From positions 70 to 64,069 of the forward strand of contig DUEY01000007.1 in the NCBI GenBank assembly GCA_011174795.1: DNA of 64,000 bases, given 5' to 3'. Both the position numbers and the translations under genes were made by a program. Source of the DNA: Dehalococcoidia bacterium. GTDB taxonomy: Bacteria > Chloroflexota > Dehalococcoidia > SZUA-161. Positions 27,888 through 37,274 of the stretch are shown one piece after another (the first letter of the stretch is position 1; each line of letters starts with the position of its first letter). The notes under the pieces are model-generated. The model was not told the origin of the DNA, did not search any database, and saw only the letters and a program-made list of their open reading frames with translations.

Positions 27888-29507
27888 ATGTCCGAAGAGC
27901 AGACAACCGAAAATGCAGCAGCGGTTCCTGCAGGCATGAGAGCATTGCCCAGGCGGCAACTCATCATCACACTGGCGGGCGTGATGCTCGCCATGTTCCT
28001 CGGCTCGCTGGACCAGACGATCGTCGGCACCGCTATGCCTCAGATTATCACCGATCTCGGCGGGTTCACCCACTACACCTGGGTTACCACAGCATACGTC
28101 ATCTCCTCTACAATCACGGTGCCCATCACCGGCAAGCTCACCGACATGTACGGCCGCAAGTGGTTCTACGTAGCCGGTTTATCTATCTTCATTTTAGGCT
28201 CCATGCTCTGTGGCCTCAGCCAGACGATGACGCAAATCATTCTATTCCGGGGGTTTCAGGGCATCGGAGCCGGCGTGATGATGGCCAATGCCTTCATCGT
28301 CATCGGCGACCTCTTCCCTCCCGCCGAACGGGGCAAGTACCAGGGGCTCATGGCCGGCGTGTTCGGTATATCGTCTATCATCGGTCCGACGCTCGGCGGC
28401 TTCCTCACCGACGAACTCTCCTGGCACTGGGTCTTCTTCGTCAACGTCCCCCTCGGCATCATGGTCATCGGCCTGTTCATATTCTTCTTCCCCGACATCC
28501 GTCCCGACAGGCGGAAGCACAGGATAGATTACCCCGGCCTGGTAACGCTGATACTCGCCGTCGTACCGCTGATGCTGGCTCTCACCTGGGCGGGGGTCGA
28601 TTATCCCTGGAGTTCCGCGACCATCATCAGCATGTTCGCCTTTTCGGCGATTATGGGCGCCCTGTTCGTAATGTTCGAGAATAGAAGCGAGGAACCGCTT
28701 ATCCCGCTATGGATATTCAAGAACCGTATCGTAGGCGTTTCTGCAGTGGTCATCTTCATCACCGGCTTCGGCATGTTCGGCGGCATCATCTTCGTTCCCC
28801 TCTTCTTCCAGGGGGTACTGGGTGAATCGGCTACCGCAAGCGGCAGCTTCCTCACACCGATGATGCTGGGCGTGGTGGGTGCCGCCATTGTCTCGGGGCA
28901 GGTGCTCTCGCGGGCAGGGGGGCACTACCGTCTCCAGGGTATAGTCGGTCTGGCGGTCATGGCGCTGGGCATGGCGCTGCTCTCAATGATGACAATCGAG
29001 ACCAGCAACACCAGGGCCATCCTCAACATAGTCATGGTCGGTATCGGCCTGGGCATCACGATGCCCCTCTACACCATAGCGGTGCAAAACGCGGTCCCCT
29101 ATGCGGTAATGGGGGTGGCAACATCATCGACCGCTTTCTTCCGCTCCATGGGAGGCGCTGTCGGACTCGCTATCCTCGGTTCCGTGATGAACAACCGCTT
29201 CGCCGCTGACTTCACCACCGGTCTATCGGCAGAAGCGAAAGAGGTTATCTCGCCGGAACCGTTGAACTCGCTGGCTCACAATCCCCAGGCGCTGCTCAGT
29301 GCCGAGGCGCAGGCACAGCTCATGCAGCCCTTCGAGCAACTGGGTGAGCAGGGAACCGAGCTTTTCGAGCAGGTGATGCTCACGCTGAAGATGGCGCTGA
29401 ACTCCGCCATAACGGATATTTTCCTTATCGCCCTCGGCGTGGTTATTGCCGCGTGGGTGGTGAACCTCTTCCTCAAGGAGATACCGCTCCGCAAGCAGAA
29501 CGTGTGA
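27888..29507 (+). CDS. MFS transporter, DHA2/EmrB-like (14-TM type)
   Basis: About 14 hydrophobic segments. MFS motif A-like GKLTDMYGRKW and motif C-like GPTLGGFL. Length 539 aa. Confidence 0.85.
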   Translation: MSEEQTTENAAAVPAGMRALPRRQLIITLAGVMLAMFLGSLDQTIVGTAMPQIITDLGGFTHYTWVTTAYVISSTITVPITGKLTDMYGRKWFYVAGLSIFILGSMLCGLSQTMTQIILFRGFQGIGAGVMMANAFIVIGDLFPPAERGKYQGLMAGVFGISSIIGPTLGGFLTDELSWHWVFFVNVPLGIMVIGLFIFFFPDIRPDRRKHRIDYPGLVTLILAVVPLMLALTWAGVDYPWSSATIISMFAFSAIMGALFVMFENRSEEPLIPLWIFKNRIVGVSAVVIFITGFGMFGGIIFVPLFFQGVLGESATASGSFLTPMMLGVVGAAIVSGQVLSRAGGHYRLQGIVGLAVMALGMALLSMMTIETSNTRAILNIVMVGIGLGITMPLYTIAVQNAVPYAVMGVATSSTAFFRSMGGAVGLAILGSVMNNRFAADFTTGLSAEAKEVISPEPLNSLAHNPQALLSAEAQAQLMQPFEQLGEQGTELFEQVMLTLKMALNSAITDIFLIALGVVIAAWVVNLFLKEIPLRKQNV

Positions 29508-29536
29508 TGCTACATTACTGTGTTGCGTTTCGACAG

Positions 29537-29561
29537 CCAGATGTTCAGATGTCTGAACGTC
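29537..29561. repeat. 25-bp near-palindromic repeat, downstream copy
   Basis: CCAGATGTTCAGATGTCTGAACGTC. Extended to CCGG it forms a 13-bp-arm hairpin with one mismatch and one G-T pair. Confidence 0.8.
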
Positions 29562-29586
29562 CGGTTTGTGCAGCATCCCGAAAAAC

Positions 29587-29611
29587 GTAGGGGAAATTCA
29601 TGAAGTACCCC
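29587..29611. repeat. Degenerate REP-like element
   Basis: GTAGGGGAAATTCATGAAGTACCCC keeps the GTAGGGG...CCCC ends of the family but has a weak stem. Confidence 0.3.
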
Positions 29612-29625
29612 AAACCCCCTAACCT

Positions 29626-31539
29626 TTACGGGAGCAGGTGTTTCAGGTGAGGGAAGGTATCCTCCATATGGGGGAACCACATGGCCTGAGTGAATACCTT
29701 GTTGAAGCCGGGCTCAACGGTCAGCTCTCTGTATTCTACCCGTCTCGCCACTTCGTCGGCTTCCGCTCGCTTGTCCACATTAAGCAGGGCGATGCGTGCT
29801 CCGTCGCCGGCGGCATTGCCAACGGCGTAGACATTATCTAAGGCACAGTCGGGGAACAGCCCGATAACCGCTGCCGCCTCTTTATCTATATAACTGCCGA
29901 AGGCTCCCGCCAGAATGACTTTGTCCAGCCTCTTTACGCCCAGGTGTTGCATCATTATCTTCGCCCCGGCGTACATGGCACCCTTAGCAAGCTGTATGCT
30001 CCTCACATCCTGCTGGCAGACGACGATGTCTCCGCCGATGGCTGTCTCACTCGCCCAGGCGATGACGAACTCCGGTCCCTCGCCAGAGACACGCAGCCGG
30101 CGGGTTTCCACGTCTTTGTTGAAACGCCCGCTCCGGTCTACGATACCCGCCCTTAACAGTTGGGCTGCGGCATCTATTATCCCCGAGCCGCAGATACCCC
30201 TCGCCCCCGCATCCTCCAGTTCGGTGCTCCATCCATCCCTGCCGATAACCTTGAAGCGCACCTCCATGGTGTCAGAGTCTATCTCTATCCTCTCTATGGC
30301 GCCGGGGGCGGCGCGCATTCCGTGCCTTATGCTGGCTCCCTCGAAGGCAGGCCCGGTGGCGCAAGAGGACGAGAGCAGCCTACCCCGGTTGCCCAGTATC
30401 AACTCGCCGTTGGTGCCGACGTCTATTATCAGCACTACGTCGTCCTGATTATAGGGCTCCTCCGCAATGAGCACACCCACGTTGTCGGCGCCGACGAAGC
30501 CAGCCTCTATGGGAAGGACATGCACATATGCCCCGGGAGCTATCCTGAGCCCAAGGTCGCGAGCCTTGAAATCCAGCGAGCGGTGTACGCTGGGGGTGAA
30601 GGGAACCCTGCCCAGATACCGGGGATCGATATTGAGGAAGAGATGGTGCATGCAGGTATTGCCCACGACTGCCATATCGACGATGGCCCGCCGCTTGACA
30701 CCGGCATGGGCAGTCGCCCGCCCCGCGATGTGATTGATGGTCTTGATTATCAGCTTATGCAGGCGCTCGCAACCGCCCTTATGGTTCATCGTATAGCTGA
30801 TGCGGGACATCACGTCCTCGCCGTACTCCGCCTGCGGATTAGCCTCGGATTCGGTGGCTATGACCTCGCCGCTTGCCAGGTCACAGAGATAGCCTGCCAC
30901 CGTAGTCGTCCCTATGTCCACCGCCAGCCCGTAGCCTTTATCGACGAGTCCGGGCTTTACCCTGATGACCTCGCTGCCCTTCCACACCCACACGGTTACC
31001 TTCCAATCGCCCTTCCGCACCACTCCCTGCAAGCCCGCCAGCACCCGGTAGTCAATAGTGAGGTTGTTCAGGCCGAACCCGCTTTCGAGCTCGGCTGTCA
31101 GCCGCTCCCAGTCACCCGTGGCGTCATCCAGGGTGGCGGGAGTCATTTCAACGTAATACCTTGTCACCGCCGGCTTCAGATCAATGGCCCTCTCCGTAGC
31201 CGCCTTGCGTATTATCTGCTTCACCGTCCGGCTCTCCTCAGGCACGAAGACGGCAACGTCGCCGTGGATACGAGCCTGGCAGGCAAGACGGTAGCCGTCG
31301 CGCCGTTGCCGTGCGCTCAACAGCTTCATCTCTGCTTCATTCACCGGGGAAAGGGCATCCCCGCGCGACTCGACCCTGACCCGGCACTTACCACAGGTAC
31401 CCCTATCGCCGCAGATGCCCTCAATGCCCACTCCCAGTTCCCTGGAAGCCTCTTTGATAGTCTTCCCATCGCCGACAGAGGCTCGACGCCCCATGGGTTT
31501 GAATATAACCTTATGCTCACGTCTCTTGCTTCGCGGCAT
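29626..31539 (-). CDS. RACo-like ATP-dependent reductive activator of corrinoid proteins (2Fe-2S ferredoxin plus ASKHA/DUF4445 domains)
   Basis: N-terminal plant-type 2Fe-2S motif CGDRGTCGKCRV, and a C-terminal ASKHA-fold region (DIGTTTV, IDVGTNGE). Start placed at MPRSKRREHKV, which has GGAAGG upstream. Confidence 0.75.
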   Translation of the reverse strand: MPRSKRREHKVIFKPMGRRASVGDGKTIKEASRELGVGIEGICGDRGTCGKCRVRVESRGDALSPVNEAEMKLLSARQRRDGYRLACQARIHGDVAVFVPEESRTVKQIIRKAATERAIDLKPAVTRYYVEMTPATLDDATGDWERLTAELESGFGLNNLTIDYRVLAGLQGVVRKGDWKVTVWVWKGSEVIRVKPGLVDKGYGLAVDIGTTTVAGYLCDLASGEVIATESEANPQAEYGEDVMSRISYTMNHKGGCERLHKLIIKTINHIAGRATAHAGVKRRAIVDMAVVGNTCMHHLFLNIDPRYLGRVPFTPSVHRSLDFKARDLGLRIAPGAYVHVLPIEAGFVGADNVGVLIAEEPYNQDDVVLIIDVGTNGELILGNRGRLLSSSCATGPAFEGASIRHGMRAAPGAIERIEIDSDTMEVRFKVIGRDGWSTELEDAGARGICGSGIIDAAAQLLRAGIVDRSGRFNKDVETRRLRVSGEGPEFVIAWASETAIGGDIVVCQQDVRSIQLAKGAMYAGAKIMMQHLGVKRLDKVILAGAFGSYIDKEAAAVIGLFPDCALDNVYAVGNAAGDGARIALLNVDKRAEADEVARRVEYRELTVEPGFNKVFTQAMWFPHMEDTFPHLKHLLP

Positions 31540-31723
31540 GATACCTTCCGCCTGTAGCTGACTGTAAATCCCCTGCGGCCTAGAATAAAGCAACACTGCA
31601 ACTGGCTCAAGGGGCATGGAGAATTACCTCGATAGAATAACGGCGTGAGAAAACGAGAGGATTTACCTGCGCTCTGGCTCTCGATTCCTTCCAATAAGAG
31701 GTGTGAGGCGTGCTTTAGAGCCT

Positions 31724-32008
31724 TTACTTCTTTCCCAGCATACCCTTGATCATGTCAAGGAGCTTCTTGCTGTATATCTCCTGCTTATAATGTACCTCGC
31801 AGGGAAATTCGTCGCATCTCGTGCAGTGGTCGACTTTCTTGTTTATGGCACAATCAAGTATCAGGCAGGGATGACCCATGACCGCTTTGAATCTCTCCTG
31901 CTTATCGGGAGCCCTGGGGTCCGTCCCCGGCACGCAACCTTCGATAGGACAAAGCTTCTTGTCCAGAAACCCGCAGACCTCGCAAGCTAAACCACACGCG
32001 CTCGGCAT
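31724..32008 (-). CDS. Cys-rich DUF3795-like protein
   Basis: CGLACEVCG...CPIEGC...C..C motifs typical of DUF3795. Start placed at the internal Met (MPSACGLACEVCG). Confidence 0.6.
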   Translation of the reverse strand: MPSACGLACEVCGFLDKKLCPIEGCVPGTDPRAPDKQERFKAVMGHPCLILDCAINKKVDHCTRCDEFPCEVHYKQEIYSKKLLDMIKGMLGKK

Positions 32009-32204
32009 CTCCCTCTCTCCTTTCCAACTGGGTCCATCGACCGTTGATTGCTCTTGTACTTCCACGCTGATTCTACTGCGAGGACACAGCTAATGTCAAA
32101 TACGCCTCACTGGATTCGGGCGCAGCTTTCTCCTCAGTCGAATACCTGCAGCGCACCAGAACGACAGGGCAGTCGAAGCATTCCGAGCAAACGGGCGGGA
32201 AGAA

Positions 32205-33482
32205 TTACTCTCCCCGTCTCGCCAGATAGAGTACCAGTCTTCCAACCAGCACAACGCCGATAATGGGGCCAATTACTATCCAGAGGTTGAACGGAGCTTC
32301 CTCATCCGACACCGGAGTAGGCGATGGCGTCGCTGTGGCAGTCACTGGCGATGGTGTTGAGGTAGGTAGTAGTGTGGGAGTGGGCTGCAGCGTAGTTGTA
32401 GGTTGTAGCGTGGTCGTAGGTTGCAGAGTAGTCGTAGGCCCTTCAGTTGGCGTGATCTTCGTAGGGAGCCAGGTAACATCCACCCCCCTCTGCTCAAGCT
32501 GGGGTACATATACATCCACCGACTCCTGACTCAATGGATTCTTTTCTATCCTCAGATTGTCCCCCTCACCTAAACCATCGTTCGCTACCAGTGGAGAGAT
32601 ATCGCCTATCTCGTTATCCCACAAGGATAGATAATACAGTTCAGTGAGTCCAGACAGCGGGGTCACGTCGCTGATATCGTTCCTGTAAAGATAGAGGTGA
32701 GTCGATTCACCACAGTTTGCCAGCGGAGATATATCACTTATCTTGTTTCCAGCCATTTGGAGATATGTCAAGCCGGTGAAACCGGACAGCGGCGTCAGGT
32801 CGCTGATATCGTTATACCCACCCCGGAGGTCGGTTATACCGGTAAGACCTGATAGCGGGGTCAGGTCGCTCACCTGGTTCCTCCAGAAATAGAGGTCGGT
32901 CAGGTTCACGAGATTAGAGAGCGGGGTGAGGTCGCTTATCAGGTTATTCTGAATAGTGAGCATAGTCAGGTCGGTGAGCCCGGACAGCGGCGTCAGGTCG
33001 CTTACCAGATTCTCTGAAATATGGAGCTCGGTCAGGCCGGTAAGACCTGACAGCGGGGAGATATCGCTCACCAGATTCTCCGCAATTGAGAGGCTGGTCA
33101 GGCCGGTTAGGCTGGCAAGCGGGGAGATATCGCCTACCTGGTTTACATGAAGGTGAAGGCTGTGCAGGCTGGATAGGCTGGCCAGCGGAGAGATGTCGCT
33201 TATCTCGTTGTATGAAAGCGACAGCTCGGTCAGGCCGGTGCAGTATTCCAGGCCCGTGAGATCGGTAACGCCTATTAAATCGGCTCTGAGGATAGTGAGG
33301 CTTTCCAGGTCAGACTGATAGATATCTCCGGCAGGCTTGTCAATTGTGTCACGTATTCTGTCCTCAAGTTTGGGGTCTGGGAAGACAACAACTCCATCAG
33401 CCCACGTAACCGAGGGCAACAGGAGAAGCGCCGCCAAGCCCAGAAAGATGATCGCCGGCCTAAGTCTATGGAATACACTCAT
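32205..33482 (-). CDS. Secreted leucine-rich-repeat (internalin-like, 22-residue LRR) protein with a Thr/Pro linker and a C-terminal TM anchor
   Basis: Signal peptide. About 11 repeats of LTGLTxLxLxxNxISDISPLSG. A TTTLQP x3 linker. C-terminal WIVIGPIIGVVLVGRLVLYLARRGE. Confidence 0.85.
   Translation of the reverse strand: MSVFHRLRPAIIFLGLAALLLLPSVTWADGVVVFPDPKLEDRIRDTIDKPAGDIYQSDLESLTILRADLIGVTDLTGLEYCTGLTELSLSYNEISDISPLASLSSLHSLHLHVNQVGDISPLASLTGLTSLSIAENLVSDISPLSGLTGLTELHISENLVSDLTPLSGLTDLTMLTIQNNLISDLTPLSNLVNLTDLYFWRNQVSDLTPLSGLTGITDLRGGYNDISDLTPLSGFTGLTYLQMAGNKISDISPLANCGESTHLYLYRNDISDVTPLSGLTELYYLSLWDNEIGDISPLVANDGLGEGDNLRIEKNPLSQESVDVYVPQLEQRGVDVTWLPTKITPTEGPTTTLQPTTTLQPTTTLQPTPTLLPTSTPSPVTATATPSPTPVSDEEAPFNLWIVIGPIIGVVLVGRLVLYLARRGE
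32383..32436 (-). repeat. 3 x 18-bp tandem repeat encoding TTTLQP
   Basis: GGCTGCAGCGTAGTTGTA / GGTTGTAGCGTGGTCGTA / GGTTGCAGAGTAGTCGTA on the plus strand, inside the LRR gene linker. Confidence 0.7.
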
Positions 33483-33519
33483 TACCTATCCTCTCCGTCA
33501 ATTTTCATAACCGCCCTGC

Positions 33520-34116
33520 TCATATGGTGCCTTTGGTACTGGGAACCTCGTCACCCCTTCGATTATCTATGCTGGTGGCGGTATCCAGCGCCTTCGCCAG
33601 TGCCTTGAACAGCGCCTCAACCTTGTGGTGGTCGTTGACACCGCTGAGAATCCTGGCGTGCAGGCTCAGCTTCGCCTCCGCGGCAAATGTTTCGAGGAAG
33701 TGACGCACCAGGTCGGTATCGAGGCCGCTGATATCCCTCCCCTCGAGTGGGGCCTCGATCACAGCGTAGCCTCTACCTCCCGCGTCAACCGCCACCAACG
33801 CGAGCGCCTCGTCCATAGGCACCGCCGCATGTCCCATCCTGACGATGCCCCGCCGTTCCCCCAGCGCTTTATCGAACGCCTGGCCCAGGCATATTGCGAC
33901 ATCCTCCAGGGTGTGATGCTGCCCCACCTCGAGGTCACCCTTAGCCTCAACCCCGATGTCGAACAGGCCATGCCTCGCTATCTGGTCGATAAGATGGTCG
34001 AGCATCCCGATGCCGGTGCTCGCCTGGCACTTGCCCGTACCGTCTATCACAAGCTCCAGTTTGACCTTTGTCTCGCCCGTCTCGCGGTTAACGGTAGCTT
34101 TTCTCCCAGCAGCCAT
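33520..34116 (-). CDS. hisB: Imidazoleglycerol-phosphate dehydratase (monofunctional)
   Basis: IGPD motifs ([29 protein letters not shown]). Start at the ATG 1 nt after the hisC stop, with GGAAGGAGGG upstream. No fused phosphatase domain. Confidence 0.9.
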   Translation of the reverse strand: MAAGRKATVNRETGETKVKLELVIDGTGKCQASTGIGMLDHLIDQIARHGLFDIGVEAKGDLEVGQHHTLEDVAICLGQAFDKALGERRGIVRMGHAAVPMDEALALVAVDAGGRGYAVIEAPLEGRDISGLDTDLVRHFLETFAAEAKLSLHARILSGVNDHHKVEALFKALAKALDTATSIDNRRGDEVPSTKGTI

Positions 34117-34117
34117 G

Positions 34118-35224
34118 TTACCCTCCTTCCCACTTAGCCAGCGCTGCGACCAGAGCATCGCTGTGCTCCGGCTTGCCCACGCTTATGCGCAGCATATTCT
34201 TTAGAAGAGGTGTATCGAAGTGCCTGATAAAGATGCCCTGCTTCTCCAGTCCCTGCTTTATCTTCCGGGCATTGCCCTTAGCCACCCGGCAGAGGATGAA
34301 ATTCGCCTCGGACGGCAGCGGAGTAAGAACCCCCTGCCTTTTCAGCATGGATGAAAGACGCTTCCGTTCGTCGATGATATCCTTGACATTTTCCCGAAGA
34401 TAAACGATATCCGCCAGCGACTCCCTCATCGCAATCATCGCCGCTGCGTTCACATTGTAGGGCATCTTAATCCTGCGGACGAGTTCAGCAATGTTTGACG
34501 GGAAGATGCCGTAGCCCGCCCTGAGACCACCCAGCCCCGCCCACTTGCTGAACGAACGCAGGACTATGAGATTAGGGTTCGCCGGTACCAGAAGCGCGAA
34601 GGTCTGACCGCTGAACTCGTAATAAGCCTCATCTACCACCACGATCACCCCGGTTTTTAACAGCTCCAGGACAGCATCTGATTTCGTAACATTCCCCGTA
34701 GGATTGTTGGGAGAGGCGATGAAGACGACCTTGGTGCGTTTGTCGAGAGCCGATTTCACGGCGTCGACATCCACATTGTAGGCTTTGTCACGGGGGACGG
34801 TTACCGTCCTGCCCCCGCACACCGCCGTGCTGAACGGGTACATGCCGAAGGTGGGGACGCAATTTACCACCTTATCCCCGGGCTCGAGGAAGATACGCAG
34901 GATCAGGTCTATGAGCTCGTCGCTGCCGCTGCCGGCTACGATATATTCCTGTCCAACCCCCACATAGTCCTCCAACGGCTTCTGGAGCTCCCGGTGCAGT
35001 GGGTCAGGATAGATATGATAGAAAGGGTATTCCGCCAGCGCACGGCGCACACGGGGGGAGCAGCCGTAAGGATTCTCGTTTCCGTCCAGCTTGACCAGCT
35101 TATTAACAGGAACTCCTGAGAGCTCGCTGAGCGCCTCCAAGGGTAAAATAGGCTCATAGGGCTCAATACCCTTTACATCGCCTCTAATGAGGCTCTCAGC
35201 GCTTCTGCGGGCATCGTAGCTCAC
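34118..35224 (-). CDS. hisC: Histidinol-phosphate aminotransferase
   Basis: Class-II aminotransferase with the PLP lysine motif [16 protein letters not shown], in a his-operon context. Confidence 0.9.
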   Translation of the reverse strand: MSYDARRSAESLIRGDVKGIEPYEPILPLEALSELSGVPVNKLVKLDGNENPYGCSPRVRRALAEYPFYHIYPDPLHRELQKPLEDYVGVGQEYIVAGSGSDELIDLILRIFLEPGDKVVNCVPTFGMYPFSTAVCGGRTVTVPRDKAYNVDVDAVKSALDKRTKVVFIASPNNPTGNVTKSDAVLELLKTGVIVVVDEAYYEFSGQTFALLVPANPNLIVLRSFSKWAGLGGLRAGYGIFPSNIAELVRRIKMPYNVNAAAMIAMRESLADIVYLRENVKDIIDERKRLSSMLKRQGVLTPLPSEANFILCRVAKGNARKIKQGLEKQGIFIRHFDTPLLKNMLRISVGKPEHSDALVAALAKWEGG

Positions 35225-36513
35225 TCGCCGCGCTCCTCCTTTTCCATTTCTTCAAGCCTTCTCTCCACCGACAGGGCATGGCCTTGCAGTCCCTCAGCCC
35301 GGGCGATAGCCGCCGACGCCGGCCCGAGTTCCTGCAATGCCCCGTCATCAAGCTCGACCAGCAGTGACAGCTTGAGGAAATCGAGCACGCTGAGCGGCGA
35401 ACTGAAGCGGGCGGTTCCTCCCGTAGGCATGACGTGGCTCGGCCCGGCGGTATAGTCACCAAGCGCTTCCGGTGCCCCGACGAAGATACCCCCCGCATGG
35501 CGTATCCGGTCGATATAGGAACGCGCGTTACGCAGCATGAGGCAAAGGTGCTCCGGCGCGTACAAGTTCACCAGCTCAACAACCTCATCAATGCCTGCTA
35601 CGACAACGAGAGCACCATTACTCTCCAGGGCACGCCGCACGATAGGCTCGCGCTCCATGCCAGCAAGCTGCCGTTCTATCTCTTCGCGGACAGCATCCGC
35701 CAAACCAGTTGATGCAGTGATAAGTACAGCGCTAGCCATCTCGTCGTGCTCCGCCTGGGCAATCAGGTCGGCGGCGCAGAAGACGGGGTTTGCCGAATCA
35801 TCGGCGAGGATGACGGTCTCAGTAGGGCCGTATAGTCCGTCGATAGCCACCGTCCCGAAGACCTGCTTCTTCGCCAGCGTGACGAAGATATTTCCCGGGC
35901 CGCATATCTTGTCTACCTTGGGGACTGATTCGGTGCCGTACGCCATGGCAGCGATAGCCTGAGCGCCCCCGAGCTTGAAAATCCTGTCTACTTTAGCCAC
36001 GCTGGCGGCGGCCAGCGTAGGTGCAGGTAGAGAGCCATCGGGGGCCGGCGGGGTGGTCATTATCACTTCCCCAACCCCGGCTACACTCGCCGGGATAGCC
36101 GTCATCAGCACCGTTGATGGGTACGACGCCTTACCGCCGGGGACATAGATGCCCACACGCTCCAGAGACCGAACCACAAACCCCAGTCCACCCTCGAAGA
36201 ACTCCAGACCCAGATTTCGCTTCTGGGTCTCGTGAAAGCTGCGTATCCTCTCAGCAGCAAACTCGAGAGCATCCAGCAACTCCTTGCTCACCTTATCGCG
36301 GGACGCAACGACCTCCTGTTGCGGCACCTCTAACCGGTTAAGCCGCACACCATCTATCTTCTCGCTGTAGTCCAGAAGGGCTCTGTCCCCACCAGCGCGC
36401 ACATTCTGGAGAATCTGACGCACCGTTTCACTACGCGCATCTCCGGCTAGCTCCACAGGGGAGCGCTCCAGCAGGAGAGATTTCGCAGCTTCCAGGCCTT
36501 CAATTATCCTCAT
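35221..36513 (-). CDS. hisD: Histidinol dehydrogenase
   Basis: ICGPGNIFV and AQAEHD motifs. Length 430 aa. Confidence 0.9.
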   Translation of the reverse strand: MRIIEGLEAAKSLLLERSPVELAGDARSETVRQILQNVRAGGDRALLDYSEKIDGVRLNRLEVPQQEVVASRDKVSKELLDALEFAAERIRSFHETQKRNLGLEFFEGGLGFVVRSLERVGIYVPGGKASYPSTVLMTAIPASVAGVGEVIMTTPPAPDGSLPAPTLAAASVAKVDRIFKLGGAQAIAAMAYGTESVPKVDKICGPGNIFVTLAKKQVFGTVAIDGLYGPTETVILADDSANPVFCAADLIAQAEHDEMASAVLITASTGLADAVREEIERQLAGMEREPIVRRALESNGALVVVAGIDEVVELVNLYAPEHLCLMLRNARSYIDRIRHAGGIFVGAPEALGDYTAGPSHVMPTGGTARFSSPLSVLDFLKLSLLVELDDGALQELGPASAAIARAEGLQGHALSVERRLEEMEKEERGE

Positions 36514-37262
36514 CCCAGATACTCCCCGGCCACCCTGGCGGAATCAGCTACAGACTGCTCACGGAACTCACGGAGCCGCTCTTCCGGAACCAGTTCCAAA
36601 ACCTGCTTCAGCCTGTCGTCAAAAGACTCGAAGAAAGACTCGATCCTCTCGGCAGGCAGATACCTCATCCAGATGAGATATTTCTGAGCAAAGGTACTGA
36701 AATCATCCCAGCTCAATTCCCCGCTGGTAGCTATATACACGAACTCACGCCACCTGTTCAAGGTGATGGCATCGATAAAACCTACCGACACCTCCGAGTC
36801 CGAGCTGCCTATCTCCGAGCGAGCAGCCAATATGCTTTTACTATTGAGCCTCTCCCGGCGGTCGAGTTCGAATTGAAGCAGCCGGTCGAGGAGATTCGCC
36901 ATAGCATCCCCCCCGAGAGCAGACGACTTGCCAAAAAAAGGCCGGTAAATCCGGTAGAGCCAGACTTCATCGGTAACAAGGTGGGAAAGATAACCAGCGA
37001 TAAAAGCCTTCGTGGCACTGCTCAAGCTCGCATCATCGATAAGTTCCGGATAGGCTTCAAACATGAACTTCACACCGCTGGCCCCGTCCTCGCAGTTCAG
37101 AGAGAGGAAATGCGTCTCCTCCCGTCCGGCGCTGATGAAAAAGCGGATGTCCGGCGCCGTAGACCCGAGATAGTAGCTCCCCAGGTTACCTTCCACGACC
37201 GGATGGCGCAATCCCGATAACGCCTCCCGGGCGATCCCTAAATGCAGACAAATCGGAGGCAA
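36510..37262 (-). CDS. Uncharacterised metal-dependent phosphoesterase-like protein (zinc-dependent phospholipase-C-like His/Asp pattern) embedded in the his operon
   Basis: TTG start with AAAGGAG located between the hisG stop and the start. ATGA overlap with the hisD start. Motifs CLHLGIA, GSTAPDIRFF, ETHF and GYLSHLVTDEVW resemble the bacterial Zn_dep_PLPC-type family, from recollection. Confidence 0.55.
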   Translation of the reverse strand: MPPICLHLGIAREALSGLRHPVVEGNLGSYYLGSTAPDIRFFISAGREETHFLSLNCEDGASGVKFMFEAYPELIDDASLSSATKAFIAGYLSHLVTDEVWLYRIYRPFFGKSSALGGDAMANLLDRLLQFELDRRERLNSKSILAARSEIGSSDSEVSVGFIDAITLNRWREFVYIATSGELSWDDFSTFAQKYLIWMRYLPAERIESFFESFDDRLKQVLELVPEERLREFREQSVADSARVAGEYLG

Positions 37263-37274
37263 AAGGCTCCTTTC

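Noticed and set aside
27709-29611. Interpretation of the repeat-flanked MFS gene as a composite transposon.
   Set aside because: There is no transposase or integrase inside or nearby, and no obvious target-site duplication. I kept it only as a repeat-bracketed cassette observation.
30160-31557. A 465-aa plus-strand ORF antisense to the RACo-like gene.
   Set aside because: It has no motifs and an Arg/Pro/Gly/His-rich composition typical of GC-rich antisense frames. The minus-strand gene carries clear 2Fe-2S and ASKHA motifs.
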